NCBI GenBank assembly: GCA_002811645.1
Contig: PDIP01000028.1
Coordinates: 192,828-256,827 of the forward strand
Direction: 5' to 3'
DNA: 64,000 bases
Origin: Corallochytrium limacisporum Hawaii
Lineage: Eukaryota > Protista > Pluriformea
Part shown: positions 58,201 to 64,000 of the stretch, in pieces
How the letters are laid out: every line of letters begins with the position of its first letter
How positions within the stretch are numbered: position 1 is the stretch's first letter
Notes under the pieces: generated by a model
The model's input: only the letters and a program-made list of their open reading frames with translations
Database searches by the model: none
What the model was told of the DNA's origin: nothing
Position numbers and translations under genes: made by a program

Positions 58201-58232
58201 GCGTACCCGGCGCACCGCACTAGGAGCAGCAT
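55218..58232 (-). CDS. Twinkle-like SF4 helicase domain without primase region, plus long acidic tail; probable mitochondrial presequence
   Basis: SF4 motifs LTLMSGKTGQGKT, YASFEL, HIVLDNMNYML, VLHSKK, SIGGH..QEADQV, VAKERY. Arg/Ser-rich N-terminus. Confidence 0.75.
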   Translation of the reverse strand: MLLLVRCAGYARRSPRTATFASQNKISIYNEACIEPSALSNAVQERLHSRSVKHLGQCMPVSRSSIFKGHHAIVHNSVSYRGKSSNHVRRWKKQCSNTPNTSQDHSRFSTVSLSGTWVQRRSMGTAKESGTYRAYETPSDDKSDTSDGLMETQNLLKPMCRTMRGRGKLSGTPDLGRLIHGARNTLTLMSGKTGQGKTLVLQKIYSHVALYQSVHYASFELTVADMHARMASFGGLTVGPHSSKYVDIVGYAQSKTDQLKRMRTDTILRSYQLARVQHKNLRHIVLDNMNYMLSVAEHPGVGIWDVMTRDMEYLRCLTGSRSVSIVAVLHSKKDGNHDKMPGIDSIGGHSRIPQEADQVWIVNREGNISKIHVAKERYQSLRYRPVVSIGSQVSPVPYFEYEENEEQKDDQRDNRHDQGFGNDHIEVHGDSQPEILTLRCGLEPLVLASLLERCRVTVESTIEEPVFNDLLVAGVKDFIDEACSIAHAETASSSTQSAQMSDDDPGSRVQTGRLPLLNRHSEPIPWTDCGSLKGTIRRATRHSDGHQLYGTEWITVSNDDKILAANIDTDLLSERLVSETEVGNTMDSGSNRKHLFEGESKQPLLPDTEMFTETDFEPLELNAQSSPKIRASSSFEIHEQSVWPQENALDESQAGDKQTSEAHEVLQERVDVASDRDINTKISITQQGMIEYGVPPRFHRTSWPVGFWKPVLWLLTEDQKRNNEELVFRFMFGETNDGEPVSGEVDTDDDREAMVSEMDAGESMVPESDAEESMEAEKDAKEPMVAEMDAGESMAGEANVNDDGDFLSDETITDNNGAPRSDELDDGQPVRAEIGTPDHAIHVLDGNLWNDYAFPLLIGEADFTPVGRIPHWRRQTMLDHQEHSGMRNSSVADEIELVAAFSGMQGGHLAVDDANAQSSAHRYGDDMLVKDLSSVSDFDGMDSNSVSYSDGMAARYLAARHLSAGNRTLESSSINHEDEGESVPNAHHQHTSSDEDEKEESRGH
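55851..55990. repeat. Coding 30-nt minisatellite, about 4.5 copies
   Basis: CATGGATTCTCCGGCATCCATTTCGGCAAC-like units at 55851, 55881, 55911, 55941 and 55971; encodes MV.E.DA.ES repeats on the minus strand. Confidence 0.9.
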
Positions 58233-60970
58233 GACTCACGGCGCATTTCTCCGCTTCAAGTATTCATGCACTTCTAGAAAAGAGAGCTCTATCGTCCCTG
58301 CTTCCTGGCAATTATTACCTCCACATAACTCTCCCTGATTTGTACCGACTGGTTATACGGGGATCGCCCTCCTTTGAAGTATTCAAACCCTCAACTAGCC
58401 GATCTTCCAGGCACTATCTAACGCATAAACTATCCACATGCATGAGATTAACGCTCCTGTAGACTTGGTTCTCATATTTCCCAAATAAACAAGCGGGTGC
58501 ATAACTACACAGGTAGGCAACGAGACCAGAGACCTTGCTACACGCAGCCATACACGCACACCCGGACCAGGCTCACAGCAGAGTAAGCTTGGGGTCTCAT
58601 CGCTCATCAGCACTCCGCTCATCGGAAGGTGTCATAGTGGTCGACAGAATTACCGCCATTTTTTGCGAACCCATTTTGATATAAAAAGTACTGCATTTAT
58701 GTTTCCAAGCCGTTCGTGTTGTATATACACCGATTTGTACTCCTTGCACAGGCCTCTGAAACTTTGTGTGCGGGCCCCTCCCCACCCGCAGCAGTCGAAC
58801 GGGCAGTTCGTTGCTCCAAATTATTCGCGCGCAAAACCCCACCTTGGACCTCCTCGCTGGTCCTTGATACAAACACAGTCGGTTCCTCCCCCCCCCCCAC
58901 TTTCAACGCGCGGCCGGTAAAGTGGGCAATGTGAATTAGCCTACACTCTCGGGGTGAACCGGACACAGGAAGGAAAGGGGGACCCATTTTCTTGCGGCTA
59001 AGGGCCAACGTATATCATGTGTGCTCGAGTGCGGGAACTTGTGTCCAAGTCACGGTGAGAATCTACGGTGCGCGGAGAGCATATACCCCCATACTAACCT
59101 CACCGTTTGTTTTCCTGGTTGGAACGGTGCACAACACTGGACATTCTGTGTTGCTTATGCGACGACTCAGCGACATCAAAGTCCCAAGAATTCCAAGGTT
59201 TCCCTGGGCTCTTCGTGCGTCACATTACTATTTCGGCCAATGTCAATTTTGCTATGCATGATCATGACAGCTGTGCAAGTGACGACAATCCGTCGGAGGT
59301 AGCAGACGAACCCAAATGCAGACCATTCTCACACCACCAATGTGAAATCCTTGGCTGCCAACACCTAAGGCGAGGCGAGCCGATCAAGAAGAATTGCAGC
59401 AGACAGCCAGCAAGTTTTTGCCGTTCTTCGGAGCTCAGGGAAGACCGGTTCGTCACTTTCTTCTGGCCCGCCTCCTCTACTTGCCCACATCAAGCCCTTG
59501 TTTTAGGGTCCCCTATTAATGGTGGATCTCCTATGCAATTTCCTATCTCGGAGCGAAGGGGGCACAGGCGAGCGAAGTACTTGTAGGCAGACGGTGAAGT
59601 AAGCTACTGGAGGGGTGGAGGTGTGATATACTCCCTCTTTTCCTTTTGGGCGGGATCGCAAACAGAAGCGTGATGAAATGTATGGGTCGCAGTAGACTGC
59701 CTGCTGCTGCGGAGTTCATAGAGCTGTGCATAATACAAGTATCACAGAAAGGAATGGCGAAATTACAACCCGCAAGCATCACTACCATAGATATGCTACC
59801 AAGTCCTTTCCTATATGGGGGATCACCCCGCTGGGGAAGTCATAACATATGCGTCTACACCGGTGGGGTTTTTACATATGCGCAAAGGGGAAAAATGTGA
59901 AAGGTTACAGGTTGAACTTGTATGGACTGTGTTGTCGCGATCGGGTCGACTGATCATCGCCCTCGATAGGAATAAATTAGCGCACATCCACTTCGTGTAT
60001 CTTTGTTATTGAATGGACTGGTAGTCGCCCGATACTGAATCGATTGGAACAAAGAGACTGAACCAAATCCACTGCTTTTCTCTGCTCAGGCACAATTGGT
60101 GGTGATGTTGGGGTGCGCATGTGTCGCTTGCGTGGCAGCACATGCCTCCCGTCCTCCCCCCCGGGGCGGTGGTGGTGTAGAATGTATGACAATTTGGGGA
60201 TTTTTTTCTCATGGTTCCAACTTTGGAAGCAGAAGCATCGTTGTCCTCTTGGGTTTGGCACCGAACGGTTAAAGCGGAGACCCACAGACTCTTGACCGAC
60301 TTCGGGGCGCACCCTGGGGGTTCCCCCGACCGTGTGCGGCGGAGCTACGGGTGACAATTGCGGGTTATTTGAGAGGCCTTGCTTGCTTGCTTTTCATTCC
60401 CAGGGAAATGAAAAAAAAAACCAGGCACGCAATAGAGTGTTTGTTAGCCGCCGAAGAGCAAGTGGTTATACGCCCTGCCTGTCAAAAAATTCGGAAAACG
60501 GCTGGGGTTTTGCGCAAGAAAAAACCCTTCTTCTTCTTCTTCTTCTCTCCACGGTTTCTTATGCACCTGCAGACCTTGGTTCACCTTTGGACCGGTTGCG
60601 TTCCTACATTGGGCAAAATCTACAAAGAAAGAAATGAACAAAGATGAAAGTTTGGAATTAATCAATAAATCGAGTAGTGCTACAATTGCTTCGACACAGA
60701 AGGAAAAGGCTTATAGTAGCAATAGGACATTTTGTTTTGTCCAACCGAAGTGGGATAACATGTGTGTAGATGCAAAATGAAGTTCTTTTGGTCTAAGGTC
60801 GGGTGATGCGTCGTAAGCGGTGGTGCCCAGAGTGGAAGCGAAACAATCAAGGTCAACACGCATTAACTTACGGCACAGACAGGTAAATTCTTATGGTCCA
60901 AGGTTGCATTTGCCGGACCACACAGAGTATAAAGCTGTGTGCAAAGGATGTGTGTGAGGGTATCTGTCTC

Positions 60971-60996
60971 TGTGTGTGTGTGTGTGTGTGTGTGTG
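60971..60996. repeat. (TG)n microsatellite
   Basis: Read directly. Confidence 0.9.
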
Positions 60997-61580
60997 GAGA
61001 ATTCCACAGTAGCTGGGCCTGTGGGCAGAGCTCCCCTGTATTTTGGCCTCCTCCTCTCCCGCTGCTCCCCCTCCCCCCCCCTCTTCTCAGTTTCTCCGTC
61101 GGCCCACTCACACCCCGGGGGGGGGGAGCCCAGCAAAGTCAGAAGCCAGTCATGCTCAGAGGAATTTAGGCATAGTGAGAGGAGCGGACCGTAAGGCGGA
61201 CCGGGCCGGAGGGGTGAGCGGGACGACCGTCGCTCGCTCCTCTTTTTTTTTTCCGGGATGAACCGCAGGATGTGTTCGCTCAAGGGAGTGCCCGATTACG
61301 TGCAGCGGGTTTCATCTTACTTGTTTATAACAGCGCGGGGAGCGAACTGAGGCAATGACAGACCCTTCTTGATGGTCTTGACCAGCTATAAGAGAAAAAA
61401 CATAGAACATTAACTCGCGGAGACTAGGCATATGTAAGATCATCATAGACTGGGGTCCAACGAGACTTATGGTTTGATCGGCCTTGTCATAGAGAGAGAA
61501 CGATATTTGGAAATATGTGAGTATTTTGGCCGGATGTTCTTTCAAACCAATTATCAACATAGACAGTTGTCCCGTCCAAA

Positions 61581-63707
61581 ATGAATGGGACAAGGCATGT
61601 GCCGACAGGCCTCACCGTTCGCGATGTGCCGGGGATGGGTGAGGTCCTCTTTGCGACGAGAGAGTACAAACGCGGAGACGTGGTCCTCGTGGAAAAACCT
61701 CTAATCATGAGCACCTCGTTTGCAGGGGATGATATTGAGAAATTGAACCAAATGCACATTACACTGAGTCAAATTGACAAGGTGGTGGATACCGTTGGCG
61801 CAGAATGCTATGATGTGCTCGGGACTGTCCTTGCCTACATTTGCTCGCCACAAAATGTTAAAGAAGAATTGTTGAGATCGTTTCATACGCCGGACTATGA
61901 GTCAGCGGGAGACTTAAGAAATCGACATGAGTACTATACTAAAGTATTGAAATCCCTAGCAGAGGAGATCCCCATTGTCGGACAGGTCAACTTAGAAGAA
62001 CTGATTCGGACCTTGTTCATTTTTATGCGCCACGGAGTGGAAATTGGTGATCCGTCGCGGCGCACGATTGGAATATTCCATTTGGCTTCTAAATTTAGCC
62101 ATGAATGCACGAGTAATGTTCTTCCTGTCTTTGAGACAGACATTTTTGGGCAGCAGCGTGAAGAGCACGACATCACCACAGCGGCGGCAGCAGCAGGGAG
62201 TACCAACAGTGCCAGCAACAGTCGTCTGGCCAACGGCGAGTACCCCTCTATTGCTTTTATCGCAGTTTCGCACATTGCACAGGATACGCGCGTAGTTATG
62301 AACATTGTCCGGCACCACCAATTCTGCAGCACCCGGTTCCGCCAGGCGACAGTCTGGACGTACCGTAGAGCAATATGTCAGTGCAAGCTCTGCCAGGGGT
62401 ACGATTTGGCACGACCCATTGCGTGCATGTCCTGTCATCCACGGATCCAAGGCAGTGTCAGTCAGAATCTGCCACCTATTTATTGTGAGAAGCGGGCGAT
62501 TCAAGAGGCCCTAGACTTCCTCGAGAATGATCTGGCTCAAATCAAGCCGGCGCTCTGCTTTCCGCAGATGAGTGCAGGTTTGCTAGCAGACCTGGAAGGT
62601 CTAGAGGGTGATGTATCAGAGCAGTACTTTCGTGTGCAGTTTAATTTTATAGATAGTGTGAATTTCATGACGTGGTCCGCATGTCCACGATGTGGACAGA
62701 GACCCAGCCACATGGAACAGTTGCTGATGAATTTACAGAGAATTGAGGCAGACACAGAGATTCTGCTGCTACAGGCGGAGAATCGTACGATGGAACTGCC
62801 TGCTAAACAGGATATGATGATGCAGGTGCCTTTGTTGTACGGTCCTTTACACTGGCTCACCCGTCGCATCCAACGCATGCGCTTTGATCAGTGGCACGAC
62901 GAAGTCAACAGTGGACTGAATGTCAAGCGCAGGGACTGGGCGGAGTGCCTGCAGATAATGGCAGAAGAAGGGATCTGGTTGGCGTGGTGCTTCGAACGGA
63001 ACGCCCAGCTCATTCAACCCTCTGTACTGCAACATTTAGTTCCACTGTGGAATCAGGCAGTGGCCCTGCAAGCTACACCGGACCTGTTGGTGCACCTAAG
63101 GCGGCTCATTGTGGCACTGAGCGATGCTCGGATCGCAATGGTTCGAAATTCTCCACATGCGACGTGGCTAGAACTGCACCTTGTCACACACGGCTGTGCG
63201 GGTTGCGGAGCAATGCTGGCCGAAGCCCCAGACCCCGCCAAGGCAAACGTGGGACAGCAAGCATTCCAGGCGATTGCATCCAGCGGTGGATTGATTGGCA
63301 AGAATGTGTTCACGGATGTTCCCTCCATCCCTCCAACAAATTTGGTCGGGGAGCGCATCACCGGGACTGGGGTGCTGAACATGCCAGATGCCTTTCTGAG
63401 CTGTCAAAAATGCAAGGGATTGGTCTACTGTTCAGCAATGTGTCAGAAGACGGTGGAGCAGAGGGACACTGGTCGTCAGGGCCGAAGTCGACCCGAGTGC
63501 GTATGTTACTACGAGACTATGGCGGAGCAAGTTCAGGACGACACAGTGGATGGTGACAGTGGAGCCATGGCCACGGATGGCAATGACGGTTCTGCCGCTG
63601 CCAAAGACGGCCACGGCCCAGAATCACGCAAGCGTGACAATCGTGTGGTCCAGTCACTCAGTGTTCTCTACAATATTTTGAGTAAGGAGATGACCGGTAC
63701 AATGTGA
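61581..63707 (+). CDS. Divergent SET-domain protein with C-terminal MYND-like finger (SMYD-like)
   Basis: SET-N GEVLFATREYKRGDVVLVEKPL; GIFHLASKFSHECTSN; post-SET CQCKLC; MYND-like CAGC...CQKCKGLVYCSAMCQK. Confidence 0.78.
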   Translation: MNGTRHVPTGLTVRDVPGMGEVLFATREYKRGDVVLVEKPLIMSTSFAGDDIEKLNQMHITLSQIDKVVDTVGAECYDVLGTVLAYICSPQNVKEELLRSFHTPDYESAGDLRNRHEYYTKVLKSLAEEIPIVGQVNLEELIRTLFIFMRHGVEIGDPSRRTIGIFHLASKFSHECTSNVLPVFETDIFGQQREEHDITTAAAAAGSTNSASNSRLANGEYPSIAFIAVSHIAQDTRVVMNIVRHHQFCSTRFRQATVWTYRRAICQCKLCQGYDLARPIACMSCHPRIQGSVSQNLPPIYCEKRAIQEALDFLENDLAQIKPALCFPQMSAGLLADLEGLEGDVSEQYFRVQFNFIDSVNFMTWSACPRCGQRPSHMEQLLMNLQRIEADTEILLLQAENRTMELPAKQDMMMQVPLLYGPLHWLTRRIQRMRFDQWHDEVNSGLNVKRRDWAECLQIMAEEGIWLAWCFERNAQLIQPSVLQHLVPLWNQAVALQATPDLLVHLRRLIVALSDARIAMVRNSPHATWLELHLVTHGCAGCGAMLAEAPDPAKANVGQQAFQAIASSGGLIGKNVFTDVPSIPPTNLVGERITGTGVLNMPDAFLSCQKCKGLVYCSAMCQKTVEQRDTGRQGRSRPECVCYYETMAEQVQDDTVDGDSGAMATDGNDGSAAAKDGHGPESRKRDNRVVQSLSVLYNILSKEMTGTM

Positions 63708-64000
63708 ACGCACGGGGAGCACGGATATTCGGAAAGGTCGGAAATTGTCTTCATAGAAATAGGAATAAACAAGGACTGTGGCTAGCAAGTGATGAGTATT
63801 CAGAACTGAAGATAATACCACATGATTTATTGTGTATTGTGCAATCTGCACACTTCAACGTTTTTCTTTGGTCTAAGCATCAATCATACCATCCCTAATA
63901 GACTCAAAGACACCAATGAGCGTGTCGAGACCTTGGATGTGGCCCAAGTCTGGTTGGTCGTCATGATTTGCAAAGTCCGTCACTGCGTGCGCGAAATCAA

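Noticed and set aside
58395-61580. Short ORFs and a TACTAAC at about 59092 between the Twinkle-like and SMYD-like genes
   Set aside because: No domain similarity and no convincing donor-acceptor pair.

Overview
Eukaryotic nuclear DNA from what appears to be a very intron-poor unicellular organism: about 14 long CDSs (up to 4.4 kb) read through without introns. They are separated by low-complexity intergenic DNA, including a ~9 kb ORF-free stretch and many C-run/G-run palindromes. Recognisable genes: two tandem F-box proteins, a Q-rich putative regulator, an AcuI/YhdH-type reductase with a presequence-like N-terminus, an MTA/RERE-like BAH-ELM2-SANT-zinc finger protein, tRNA-Val(AAC), FBPase, a DENN protein, a NUDT2-like Nudix hydrolase, an LRR protein, a YdfG-like SDR, WDR35/IFT121, a CDPK7-like EF-hand/PH kinase, a helicase-only Twinkle-like protein and a divergent SMYD. 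The most striking pattern is three ciliary genes in three different states: an intact but insertion-expanded WDR35/IFT121, an IFT52 reduced to its C-terminal third right behind a tRNA gene, and a TTC29-like gene broken by stops and frameshifts. This suggests a flagellar toolkit caught mid-decay or mid-repurposing. The overall profile would fit an intron-poor unicellular holozoan such as Corallochytrium, but that is inference only. All family assignments are from motifs recalled by eye; no database searches were run.
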